From the NCBI GenBank assembly GCA_029939085.1, contig JAOZTQ010000001.1, forward strand, positions 1 through 33,047: DNA of 33,047 nt, given 5' to 3'. A model generated the notes under the pieces. That model ran no database searches, was not told where the DNA came from, and worked only from the letters and a program-made list of their open reading frames with translations. The position numbers and the translations under genes were made by a program. This stretch comes from Candidatus Nanopelagicales bacterium (GTDB lineage Bacteria; Actinomycetota; Actinomycetes; S36-B12; GCA-2699445). This document shows positions 15,300 through 24,386 of this stretch, one piece after another (position 1 is the stretch's first letter; each line of letters begins with the position of its first letter).

Positions 15300-16469
15300 C
15301 TAGCCCACCAGTGCGTAGCTTTGTTGCGCGATCGCATATTCCTCATCAGTTGGGACCACCAGAACTGTAACTGGCGAATCCGGCAACGAAATTTGTTGGA
15401 TACCCGAACCTAGATCGGCATTAGCGACCTCATCTAACTGGATGCCGAAGCCCTCTAGATCGCGACATACTGCGGAACGAACCCAGGCGTTGTGCTCTCC
15501 GATACCGGCCGTGAAAATCACTGCGTCGACCCGACCCAGCACGAATGAGTATGCCCCCAGATATTTACGCAATCGATGGGCCATCACTTCAAGGGCGAGA
15601 GCGGCAACCTCATCACCGGACGCAACACGCTCCGAGATCTGACGCAGATCGTTATCGCCGCAAAGACCCTTCAGACCACTCTCGCGATTGAGCAGATTGT
15701 CGACCGCAGCGGCGTCCCAACCAGCTGCCTGCAAAATCGTTGTTATCGATGGATCAATGTCACCACTGCGGGTTCCCATGACCAAACCTTCCAGCGGGGT
15801 GACCCCCATCGAGGTTTCAACGCTTCGGCCCCCACGAATAGCGCAGGCGCTTGCACCGTTACCGAGATGGAGACTTACCAGATTGAGTTCCGATGGGTCT
15901 TTACTCAAAAATTTAGCGGCCTGGGCGGCAACGTATTGGTGTGAAGTTCCGTGGAATCCATAGCGGCGGATAGAAAAATCGCGAGCTACATTGCGATCAA
16001 TCGCGTACTCACGCACTGCGGGCGGCATCGTTGCGTGGAAGGCCGTATCAAAAACAGCGACGTGAGGTACTTGCGGGTATTGCGAGCGCGCTGCTGCGAT
16101 ACCCACCAATGCTCCCGGGTTATGAAGTGGCGCGAGTGGTACACAGGCCTCGATCTGAGCGATTACGGCATCATTGATGACAGTCGGCTCGGTAAGTTCA
16201 TCGCCACCATGTACAACTCGGTGACCTACGGCGATCGGTTGCGGCTGACCATCCTCGGCCATGAGATCTCGCGCGAGCGCAAAAGCGGTTCCGTGATCCG
16301 GAACTACCTGCTCGATCTGACGTTCACCACGACCGGTGTACTGGGCGGCCGAGTTGGCTTCACCGATTCGCTCAACCACGCCTTCCGCGGCACGTTCACC
16401 GGTAGTCGCATCAACTAGAGCGAACTTCAGTGACGACGATCCGGCGTTGACTACCAGGACCAATCCCAT
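15300..16469 (-). CDS. ackA: Acetate kinase
   Basis: 389 aa. N-terminal VLVVNAGSSSLKF and an ASKHA-fold core (HRVVHGG, FHGTSH, GIGEH). Lies 3 nt downstream of pta. Confidence 0.95.
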   Translation of the reverse strand: MGLVLVVNAGSSSLKFALVDATTGERAAEGVVERIGEANSAAQYTGRGERQIEQVVPDHGTAFALARDLMAEDGQPQPIAVGHRVVHGGDELTEPTVINDAVIAQIEACVPLAPLHNPGALVGIAAARSQYPQVPHVAVFDTAFHATMPPAVREYAIDRNVARDFSIRRYGFHGTSHQYVAAQAAKFLSKDPSELNLVSLHLGNGASACAIRGGRSVETSMGVTPLEGLVMGTRSGDIDPSITTILQAAGWDAAAVDNLLNRESGLKGLCGDNDLRQISERVASGDEVAALALEVMAHRLRKYLGAYSFVLGRVDAVIFTAGIGEHNAWVRSAVCRDLEGFGIQLDEVANADLGSGIQQISLPDSPVTVLVVPTDEEYAIAQQSYALVG

Positions 16470-16472
16470 GAT

Positions 16473-18563
16473 TCAGTCATCCTCACGTAACCTCTGCGCC
16501 TGAATGGCGGTGATGACGACAGTGTTGACGATGTCATCCACTGTTGCACCACGACTGAGATCATTGACGGGCAACCGTAAACCTTGGAGCACTGGACCGA
16601 TTGCCATTGCACCTCCCGAACGTTGAACCGCCTTGTAGGTGTTGTTTCCCGTGTTCAGGTCGGGAAATATCAAAACTGTGGCCTGACCAGCGACTGGTGA
16701 ATCCGGCAGCTTTGATCGTGCTACGTGGGGATCGACCGCCGCATCAAACTGAATCGGACCCTCGACCAGCAGCGTCGGCTCTCGCTCTCGGACGATCTCT
16801 GTCGCTTGCGTGACCTTTTCGACATCGGCTCCGGATCCCGATGAGCCAGTCGAATACGACAACATGGCAACTCTGGGATCAATACCGAACGCGGATGCGG
16901 TAGCAGCAGAACTCACCGCAATGTCCGCCAACTGTTCAGCGTTCGGATGCGGTAGCACCGCACAATCGCCGTAAACGAAGACTCGTTCAGGCAAGACCAT
17001 CAAAAACACACTCGAAACCACGGATATGTCCGGCGCAGTTCGGATGATCTGCAACGCAGGTCGAACCGTGTCGGCCGTCGTGTGCGCAGCTCCACTGACC
17101 ATGCCACCCGCATCACCAAGTTGCACCATCATGGTGCCAAACCAGGTCGGATCTTCGGAGAGCTCCCAGGCCGTCTCAGCAGACATGCCCTTGTGGGCTC
17201 GGAGTCGTTGAATCTCCTCGGCATATAACTGTCGCTGCGAAGAACTACTCGGATCAATCAGATTAATGTCGTCAAGATGTATCCCCAGTCGCTCAGCGCG
17301 CTGTTGCATATCCTCTGGATCACCTAGGACAGTCAGTTCGGCGGCACCTCGCAACACGATCCGATGAGCGGCGAGCAAAATGCGATCGTCTTCCCCTTCC
17401 GGCAAAACGATATGTTGTGGCGCCGATCTTGCTTGCGCAACTAACCGGCGTTCAAACATGACGGGCGTCACCTGATCGGGCCTGGTTGCAATCAGACGAT
17501 CAGCTAACTCATCAACCGCGACACTTTCTTGGAACATTCGCAACGCCAAATCCAACTTCGCATCATCGCCACTTTCGAGAGTTCCTCGAGTTCGGGAGAT
17601 TATGTCGGCCGTCTCGAAGGTGTCCCGGTCAGTCAACATGATCGGTACCGAGTCAGCCCCGACTCCATGGATGAAATCAAGCATGGTTGGATCCGGCTGG
17701 TAACCGCCCGTAAGCAAAACTCCCGCTATCGACGGAAGGTCCGACTCCATTCGAGAAGCCTGCGCCAATAGCAAAATGTCGGATCTATCCCCCGGCGCGA
17801 TCACGAGAGTATCTGGAGTTAGACGTTGGATCAGATGCGGCAACGTCATTGCACCGATAATCACATTCCGAACGCCACGTCCAAGCGAATCTTCGTCCCC
17901 AGCTAACCGCTCGGCATCAACTGCTGCCGTCAAGTCGCGTAGTGCCGGGCGTTCTAACTCAGATAACTCAGGTAACAACCAAACGGGTGTCCCATCGGAC
18001 CGCTCAACGGCCGCAGCAATGGCGTCGTAGTCGGCTTCGGGCACTCGATTCACAACGAGTCCAAAAAGCGTCACTTGATGTTCGGCCAGGCCTAACCGCG
18101 CTGCCTCCAGTGCGGCCACCAGTTGCGGAACTTCATGCTGTCGAGCTGGCACCACGACTACGGTCGCTGCCCCCAAGTTCGCCGCGATTTCCGCGTTTAA
18201 TGCGAACTCAAATGCCGCGGAAGCTCCGGTGAAATCGGTCCCCTCAACGATCACAACATCACATTCACGTGCCAGATCCTCATATCGAGCGAGGATGCGA
18301 TGCACCAACTCCGACGGAACGTGATGCCCCACGCCGCGAGTGGCGAGAGTGGTCACACCGTAGGACTGCTCGTAACTCTGCGACAACTGGTAGCGACTGC
18401 GCATCATCTCAATTTGGCCATCTCGAGTTTCCGATTCGGCAATCACCGGACGGAAGTAACCAACCTTGGCGGTACGAGTGGCCGCTGCCTCTAAAGCACC
18501 CAAACTCACCAGTGACTTACCACTACCGGGGGCCAGCGAGGTGATGTAAATGGCTGCAGTCAT
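16473..18563 (-). CDS. pta: Phosphate acetyltransferase, long form (P-loop/DRTGG N-terminal domains plus PTA domain)
   Basis: 696 aa. N-terminal GSGKS P-loop-like domain. C-terminal PTA_PTB domain (IVLPEGEDDRIL...GGMVSGAAHTTADT...NTGNNTYK). Confidence 0.95.
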   Translation of the reverse strand: MTAAIYITSLAPGSGKSLVSLGALEAAATRTAKVGYFRPVIAESETRDGQIEMMRSRYQLSQSYEQSYGVTTLATRGVGHHVPSELVHRILARYEDLARECDVVIVEGTDFTGASAAFEFALNAEIAANLGAATVVVVPARQHEVPQLVAALEAARLGLAEHQVTLFGLVVNRVPEADYDAIAAAVERSDGTPVWLLPELSELERPALRDLTAAVDAERLAGDEDSLGRGVRNVIIGAMTLPHLIQRLTPDTLVIAPGDRSDILLLAQASRMESDLPSIAGVLLTGGYQPDPTMLDFIHGVGADSVPIMLTDRDTFETADIISRTRGTLESGDDAKLDLALRMFQESVAVDELADRLIATRPDQVTPVMFERRLVAQARSAPQHIVLPEGEDDRILLAAHRIVLRGAAELTVLGDPEDMQQRAERLGIHLDDINLIDPSSSSQRQLYAEEIQRLRAHKGMSAETAWELSEDPTWFGTMMVQLGDAGGMVSGAAHTTADTVRPALQIIRTAPDISVVSSVFLMVLPERVFVYGDCAVLPHPNAEQLADIAVSSAATASAFGIDPRVAMLSYSTGSSGSGADVEKVTQATEIVREREPTLLVEGPIQFDAAVDPHVARSKLPDSPVAGQATVLIFPDLNTGNNTYKAVQRSGGAMAIGPVLQGLRLPVNDLSRGATVDDIVNTVVITAIQAQRLREDD

Positions 18564-19102
18564 TAGGGCAAGACCCCCGCATGGGCCAACGCCATTCGCA
18601 GCAGTCGATCTCGGCCACCCACCATCTCTACGAGGACATCTGGGCTAATCGCTTCAGTTGGATCCATCCACGCCAACTCCAACGCGGACTGGGTAGGTTC
18701 ACAATCTCCAAAGACGGGGACGATGAATGCCAGGGAGACGGCCTGGTGCCGTGAGTCATAAAAGCCGGTTACCCCGGGATCGGGAAAATACTCGACGACA
18801 GTGAAGGGCTGCGGCGATACCGGCACCCGCGGCAATGCCATCGGCCCCAAGTCCTTTTCTAAGTGACGCAATAGCGCATCCCGGATCCGCTCCCCCTTGT
18901 GCACCCGCCCCGACACCAAGGTCCGTGTCAACATCCCGTCTGGTGTCGCCCGCAAGAGTAATCCGACCTGACGCAGAACTCCCGCCTCATCCACTCGGAC
19001 TGGAATCGCATCCAGATACACCAACGGCACCTGATCTCGGGCTTCCTGCATCTGATCCGGAGACAGCCAACCTCCCTGAGGCTGAGTGATATCGGCAGAC
19101 AT
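18563..19102 (-). CDS. Nudix-fold protein with a degenerate Nudix box (DUF4916-like)
   Basis: 179 aa. GRVHKGERIRDALLRHLEKDLG fits the scaffold GX5EX7R.U....G but replaces the catalytic REUxEE with RHLEKD. Its stop overlaps the pta start by 1 nt (TAATG at 18565..18561). Confidence 0.6.
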   Translation of the reverse strand: MSADITQPQGGWLSPDQMQEARDQVPLVYLDAIPVRVDEAGVLRQVGLLLRATPDGMLTRTLVSGRVHKGERIRDALLRHLEKDLGPMALPRVPVSPQPFTVVEYFPDPGVTGFYDSRHQAVSLAFIVPVFGDCEPTQSALELAWMDPTEAISPDVLVEMVGGRDRLLRMALAHAGVLP

Positions 19103-19179
19103 AACTCTCCAATCCGAAAACGGTTAACCACTAGATTCTCCCGGAAATCAAGAGAACAGAGCGGGCGAGCACTAGGTTA

Positions 19180-20622
19180 GTGCCAAACAGCCCGTCCGGT
19201 GCTGCACCAACGAAAAGCGGAGAACTCAAACCGATGGCTACCGTGGATAAATCATCACAGGATGTCGCCGAGAATCCCAAGGGCATGACTCTGTGGCCGG
19301 CCACGGCTTTGGTAACCGGAACCATAATCGGAGCTGGTATTTTTACTCAGCCCACCTGGCTGGCGCAATACGGTCCGATCAGCCTGGTCGGTTTCGCACT
19401 GACAGCTTTGGGAAGCGTCATGTTGGCGCTGGTATTTGCCCGGTTAGCGCGCCGGTCTCCGGAAGTCGGTGGTCCCTACGCATTCGCTCGGGATGGTTTC
19501 GGCAGATTCATCGGCTTCCAGTCCGCTTGGACTTACTGGATCGGTGCCTGGGTTGCCGTTGGTGCCATTGCTTCCTCTATGGTCATCTACCTTGGGGTGC
19601 TGATCCCAGCAGTCACTGACAACGTCCTCATAAGCGCTGCGGTGGCGATCGCAGTCATTGCTGCACTCACCGGCATCAATAATCGTGGCGCAGTGACCGG
19701 AGCCAAAACTTCTTTGGTGCTCACGATTCTCAAAGCGGTGCCACTGCTTCTGATCGGCACTATTGGTTTTATCGCATTTGATTTCGACAACTTGGGCCCG
19801 TTCAATGCATCAGGCTTGCCGTCTTTCGAAGTTTTGACTGCGGTAATGGCCTACACCCTATTTTCTTTTATCGGTGTTGAAGCAGCCACTATTCCGGCTG
19901 GCGACGTGCATGAACCCGACAAGACCATCCCTCGGGCGACATTGATTGGAACGCTGGCAGCTGCAGCGGTCTACCTGTTGAGTACCACTGCGGTATTTGG
20001 TGCAGTAACTAACGCTGAACTTCAAGCAAATGATGCCGCCTTCGCCGTCGCTGCGGAAAATATGTTTGGTTCCTGGGCGGGTCCAGCTGTTGCTGTTGTC
20101 GCCGTGATCTCATGTCTAGGAGCGATGAACGGTCTCATTTTGCTCTCTGGTCAGATTCCCATGGCGGCAGAGTTTGATGGCCTCGCACCGAAACTGTTCG
20201 GGAAACTCAATATCAACCGCGCTCCTTCTTCGGGTTTGGTCGTATCCGCCATCTTGGCCGCCATCGTTTTGGCACTGCAATATGCAGGTTCAGGTTTGGG
20301 TGAAGCTGTCGCGACCCTCGTGCTGGTCTCCGCAGTTGCCACCATGATTGCTTACGCTTTTTCTGCAGCTGCCGAAATTAAGTGGCTTCTGGTCGACCGA
20401 GGTGAAGTGCCAGTCGCTCATATCGGTCGAAAACTTCTGGTTGCTGGGATAGCGCTAGCCTTCACCATTTTTGCTTTCTACGGCGGCGGCACCGACGAGA
20501 TTTACTGGCTATTCATGATCATCATGCTGGGTGTGCCGCTGTATCTCTACATTCTGTGGCGGCGTCAGGAAGAAGATAAGAAAGAACATGATGCCGACGA
20601 CTCTGAAAACTTCAGCATTTAG
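19180..20622 (+). CDS. APC-superfamily amino acid/polyamine antiporter (APA, AdiC/PotE-like) permease
   Basis: 480 aa, about 12 TM helices. The N-terminal region GTIIGAGIF...PEVGGPYAFARDGFGRFIGFQSAWTYW resembles the AdiC/PotE family. The start is ambiguous (GTG 19180 or ATG 19234). Confidence 0.85.
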   Translation: MPNSPSGAAPTKSGELKPMATVDKSSQDVAENPKGMTLWPATALVTGTIIGAGIFTQPTWLAQYGPISLVGFALTALGSVMLALVFARLARRSPEVGGPYAFARDGFGRFIGFQSAWTYWIGAWVAVGAIASSMVIYLGVLIPAVTDNVLISAAVAIAVIAALTGINNRGAVTGAKTSLVLTILKAVPLLLIGTIGFIAFDFDNLGPFNASGLPSFEVLTAVMAYTLFSFIGVEAATIPAGDVHEPDKTIPRATLIGTLAAAAVYLLSTTAVFGAVTNAELQANDAAFAVAAENMFGSWAGPAVAVVAVISCLGAMNGLILLSGQIPMAAEFDGLAPKLFGKLNINRAPSSGLVVSAILAAIVLALQYAGSGLGEAVATLVLVSAVATMIAYAFSAAAEIKWLLVDRGEVPVAHIGRKLLVAGIALAFTIFAFYGGGTDEIYWLFMIIMLGVPLYLYILWRRQEEDKKEHDADDSENFSI

Positions 20623-21451
20623 TTGATCGGTTCGCCCGCGACTGCGCCACCGCGTAGCAAGCGACCGCTACGGCGGCCGCCACATTGAGTGAGTCCACAC
20701 CACCACTCATGGGAATACGAACTCGAGCATCGGCCTTCGCCAAGGTACTACCAGCGAGACCCGCTCCTTCGGTACCTACAACTAATGCAACGCGCTCATC
20801 AGCAAAAGTCGCGAGGGTTTCCGATAAGACGGGAGCAGTCGGATCGGGAGTCAGCGCCAGGTTTGCGAAACCGGAGAGATCCTGGCTGTCAGATATCCGA
20901 GTCCACGGCACCTGGAAGACAGTTCCCATCGAGACTCGAATACTGCGCCGATACAGCGGGTCCGCACAGGTCGAGGTCACCAGGACAGCACCAGCTCCGA
21001 AACCAGCTGCTGATCGGAAGGCCGCACCGACATTCGTGTGGTCTACCAAACCGTCCAACACCACAATCCAATCGGCGTTATCTGTCACCTCATCTACCTC
21101 AGCTAGGGTCCGTCGTCGCATGGCCGCCATCGGACCGCGATGCATCCGAAAACCTGTCGTCGCAGTGATGACAGCTTCACTACCGACGTAAACCGGAACA
21201 TCCCTAGGTAGTAGTGGCGCTAAGTGCTCTAACCATTTCGGTTCAGTCAGCACTGAGATCGCATCGAAACCAGCAGCAATCGCCCGTTCGATAACCGCTA
21301 TCGACTCCGCCATAAAGAGCCCCTCTTTGGGCTCCCGGGACATCCTTAGGCGAACGTCGGTCAGATCGGTGAAGGCGCTGATTCGATCATCAGCAGGGTC
21401 ATCGACCGGGACCGTGAAGAGATTCGCGTCCGTCCGCTCAGGAGTTGTCAT
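20612..21451 (-). CDS. SpoU/TrmH-family RNA 2'-O-methyltransferase; the ORF-track extension to 21676 is rejected
   Basis: From MTTPERTD.... SpoU motifs LVVGTEGAGL and IPMSGGVDSLNVAAAVAVACY. The upstream 75 codons of the track ORF overlap the SPFH gene and are Arg/Cys-rich nonsense. Confidence 0.8.
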   Translation of the reverse strand: MTTPERTDANLFTVPVDDPADDRISAFTDLTDVRLRMSREPKEGLFMAESIAVIERAIAAGFDAISVLTEPKWLEHLAPLLPRDVPVYVGSEAVITATTGFRMHRGPMAAMRRRTLAEVDEVTDNADWIVVLDGLVDHTNVGAAFRSAAGFGAGAVLVTSTCADPLYRRSIRVSMGTVFQVPWTRISDSQDLSGFANLALTPDPTAPVLSETLATFADERVALVVGTEGAGLAGSTLAKADARVRIPMSGGVDSLNVAAAVAVACYAVAQSRANRSTKC

Positions 21452-22322
21452 CTCCTGGGCGACCGAATGCGCGCCCCAGCCCTTCCATAGCTGAACTGAG
21501 TTCCGCTGGAACCACCCAGACCTTATTAGCATCGCCATTCGCAATCTGCGGCAACATCTGCAGGTATTGATAAGCGAGCGTCTGATCGTCGACATCTGAG
21601 TCGTGAATGGCAGTGAAAACCCGAGAAATCGCTTCCGCCTCAGCCTCAGCACGTAATACCTGAGCCTTCGCATCACCTTCAGCGGAAAGAATCTGCGATT
21701 CCCGCTGACCTTGGGCCGTCAAAATCGCCGACTGTTTGGCACCTTCAGCGTTCAGAACCGCGGCACGTTTATCTCGCTCGGCCTTCATCTGCTTTTCCAT
21801 GGATTCCTGGACCGACGGCGGCGGATCAATCGCCTTCAACTCAACGCGGTTCACTCGAATCCCCCACTTACCCGTAGCTTCATCCAGGACGCCGCGCAGC
21901 GCCATGTTGATCTCCTCGCGTGAGGTCAGAGTCTGTTCCAAATCCATACCACCCACAACATTTCGCAGCGTCGTGACAGTGAGTTGTTCGACACCATGTA
22001 TGTAGTCGTTGATTTCATACGTTGCCGCACGCGGATCGGTGACCTGGAAGTAGATCACGGAATCGATTTGCACGACGAGGTTGTCCTCAGTAATCACAGG
22101 TTGGGGTGGGAAACTCACAACTTGCTCGCGCATATCAATGAGCGGTCGCATCCGGTCGACAAAAGGAATGATGATGCTAAGTCCAGGATTCAGCGTTCGC
22201 TGATACCTACCCAATCGCTCCACAATTCCGGAGTGAGCCTGTCGAACAATCTTGATGGTTCGACTAAGCACAATCAGAACCAGGATTGCTATAAGCAATC
22301 CAACTATCGCTCCCACAGTCAT
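21438..22322 (-). CDS. SPFH/Band-7 (stomatin-like) membrane protein
   Basis: 294 aa. N-terminal TM helix, then an SPFH core (IVRQAHSGIVERLGRYQRTLNPGL...VITEDNLVVQIDSVIYFQV) and a coiled-coil Ala/Glu-rich tail. Confidence 0.9.
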   Translation of the reverse strand: MTVGAIVGLLIAILVLIVLSRTIKIVRQAHSGIVERLGRYQRTLNPGLSIIIPFVDRMRPLIDMREQVVSFPPQPVITEDNLVVQIDSVIYFQVTDPRAATYEINDYIHGVEQLTVTTLRNVVGGMDLEQTLTSREEINMALRGVLDEATGKWGIRVNRVELKAIDPPPSVQESMEKQMKAERDKRAAVLNAEGAKQSAILTAQGQRESQILSAEGDAKAQVLRAEAEAEAISRVFTAIHDSDVDDQTLAYQYLQMLPQIANGDANKVWVVPAELSSAMEGLGRAFGRPGDDNS

Positions 22323-22345
22323 ACGATCATCCTCCTCTGCACTTG

Positions 22346-22771
22346 TCAGCCGACAAGAGCCGTTGCGCCTTCAATAGATAAAACTTGTACTGAATCTCCC
22401 ACCGGGTAGACCGAGGTGCCGTCGAAGCTGCGCGCGGACCACACCTCACCTTTGAGCTTCACGCGGCCATCATGTCCATCAACGTCTGCCAGCACTTCCG
22501 CATCGGCTCCTACCAAGGCGGCCGTTCCGGAGCGACTTTCGATGGGCTGCCTAATGTGTCGGCGAGCTACAGGACGCACTAGTCCCACCATCGCGGCACT
22601 CGTGAGCCCGAAAACTACCCATGGCAACCAGTCCGAGCCGGTTAACGCAGCCGTACCCGCACCCGCAAGCGCGCCAACGCCAACCATGCCGAGCACTAAG
22701 GTTCCGCCAGTGGAGAACTCCGCGATGCCCAGCACGACTGCTGCAATCAGCCACCACACCCATGCATCCAT
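22346..22771 (-). CDS. NfeD-family membrane protein (partner of the SPFH protein)
   Basis: 141 aa. Three TM segments plus a C-terminal OB-fold (GRVKLKGEVWSARS). Canonical nfeD-SPFH operon order. Confidence 0.85.
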   Translation of the reverse strand: MDAWVWWLIAAVVLGIAEFSTGGTLVLGMVGVGALAGAGTAALTGSDWLPWVVFGLTSAAMVGLVRPVARRHIRQPIESRSGTAALVGADAEVLADVDGHDGRVKLKGEVWSARSFDGTSVYPVGDSVQVLSIEGATALVG

Positions 22772-22842
22772 GTCTCTAGGCTACGACCGTTAGCGCCCCA
22801 GGGCACGAGAGCGGCGCGCACATCTCGTAGGGCTTAATTTCG

Positions 22843-23634
22843 TTAGGTACCGAAGGCCCAGAACCGCGAAAACACCTTGCTAACCAACAAGGGAGTATCA
22901 AAAGCTTCTGTAAGGTTTTCTTCGGTTATCACCGAGTCAATTGGCCCCTGGCGCAGAATCTGACCATCACGCACTAAGACCGCATGCGTAAAGCCCGCTG
23001 GAATCTCTTCTACGTGGTGAGTAATCATGACCTGCACTGGGGCAGTCGGGTCTTCGGCTACTGCCGATAATCTCCCCAGTAGGTTTTCCCGGGCGCCAAC
23101 ATCAAGTCCTGCGGCGGGTTCATCCATCAGTAAGAGTTCGGGATTTGGAAATAGCGCGCGGGCCAGCAGAACTTTTTTCCGTTCTCCATCTGACAAGGTA
23201 CCCAGCCTGCGATTCGCTAACTCCGTCAAGCCCATGAAGTGCAGTAACTCATCACAGCGCTTCACGTCGACGTCGTCATACTCTTCCCAATACCGTCCCG
23301 ACACGGCCCACCCAGCGGTAATTATGCTGTCGGCAACCGTCTCCGAACTCGGGATATGTTCAGCGGCTCGCGCGGACAAGACCCCGATGAGCGGACGTAA
23401 ATCGAATACATCCACCAGACCCAATGACTCGCCCAGAACGGAAACAGACCCCGTTGTCGGGTGTATTCGAGTGGACATGAGGTCAAGCAGCGTTGTTTTA
23501 CCCGCCCCATTTGGGCCTAACACTGCCCAACGTTCACCCGACCGTATCTCCAGATCAACATCGGACAGAATCGCCTTACCTTCGCGGTGGACGGAGGCTG
23601 ATTCCAGCCGGATCACGGTGGTCACGCTAGGCAC
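22843..23634 (-). CDS. ABC transporter ATP-binding protein with no adjacent permease (Rv3041c-like)
   Basis: 263 aa. Walker A GPNGAGKTT, signature LSDGERKK, Walker B LLLMDEPAAGLD, H-loop ITHH. GTG start with GAGG 5 nt upstream. Confidence 0.9.
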   Translation of the reverse strand: MPSVTTVIRLESASVHREGKAILSDVDLEIRSGERWAVLGPNGAGKTTLLDLMSTRIHPTTGSVSVLGESLGLVDVFDLRPLIGVLSARAAEHIPSSETVADSIITAGWAVSGRYWEEYDDVDVKRCDELLHFMGLTELANRRLGTLSDGERKKVLLARALFPNPELLLMDEPAAGLDVGARENLLGRLSAVAEDPTAPVQVMITHHVEEIPAGFTHAVLVRDGQILRQGPIDSVITEENLTEAFDTPLLVSKVFSRFWAFGT

Positions 23635-23657
23635 AATACCTCTGGCTAGGGTTAAGT

Positions 23658-24386
23658 ATGCCCATTGACGTGCGCCGCGCCGAAAGTGCGGGTCAAACGA
23701 TCTGGTGGCTCAACGCTGCGTTAGCTCAAACCTGCTCACCGGATGAAGCGGCGAGCATGATCAGCGGCACATTTCACGGTCTCGGCAATGCACCTATAAC
23801 CGGTGCCGCGACTATCGGTGCGATGCGAGCCCGTGGATTCGAGCGGTTATCCCTTGCTGTAGTCGAGTCCGGCGATCCAGTAGGACTCCCGGGTCCTGCA
23901 CCCGTAACCCGAGAGGCCGTTGCTGCGGGCTTAGCGGCCGTGTCAGCGGATGGCACGCTCACCATGATCCCCGCGTCGGGTAAGCCGCCGTTGATCTGGC
24001 TCGCGGTACCAAGCACCAGCCGGATCGATCCGGTAGCCCAGTTCGGCTCGGTAGGCGAAGCACAATCACTTATGCGTGAAGGCATGTTGGAAATCTCCAA
24101 TACGATGCCTGACCTCGAACCTGACGACACCGCATTGGCGGAGTTGGCTGAGTATCGTTCCTGGCGCCCACCACTACCCCCGCCGCAGTTGCCTCCGCGA
24201 GCAGCTCAGTTAGCGGAAGCCGCACTTCGGGTTTGGTGGTTGACCGGAGTCGCCCGTGAACTTTCCCAACGACAAGGGCTGATCCTTTCGCAACAGTTGC
24301 GTGAGTTACGACCGTTAGCCCGACGAGCTGTTGCCGCGGCGTTCAGCATTCAGTCCAAACCAACGCCATCAGGGGATACCGGTTAG
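23658..24386 (+). CDS. Hypothetical protein, Ala/Pro-rich, no motif recognised
   Basis: 242-aa ORF. Its stop TAG (24384-24386) abuts the first possible serB start (GTG 24387). A TANNNT -10-like hexamer, TAGGGT (23647-23652), lies 5 nt before the ATG and there is no SD, consistent with a leaderless mRNA. Coding status is inferred only from ORF length, context and absence of a better frame. Confidence 0.6.
   Translation: MPIDVRRAESAGQTIWWLNAALAQTCSPDEAASMISGTFHGLGNAPITGAATIGAMRARGFERLSLAVVESGDPVGLPGPAPVTREAVAAGLAAVSADGTLTMIPASGKPPLIWLAVPSTSRIDPVAQFGSVGEAQSLMREGMLEISNTMPDLEPDDTALAELAEYRSWRPPLPPPQLPPRAAQLAEAALRVWWLTGVARELSQRQGLILSQQLRELRPLARRAVAAAFSIQSKPTPSGDTG

Noticed and set aside
21452-21676. 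N-terminal 75 codons of the track ORF 20612..21676
   Set aside because: This part overlaps the SPFH gene out of frame and is Arg/Cys-rich (MMRRLRYYVLRLRRKRF...). The methyltransferase homology begins at MTTPERTD (21451).
23027-23668. 213-aa + strand ORF antisense to the ABC ATPase
   Set aside because: Ser/Arg/Pro-rich with no motifs. The opposite strand carries intact Walker A/B and signature motifs.
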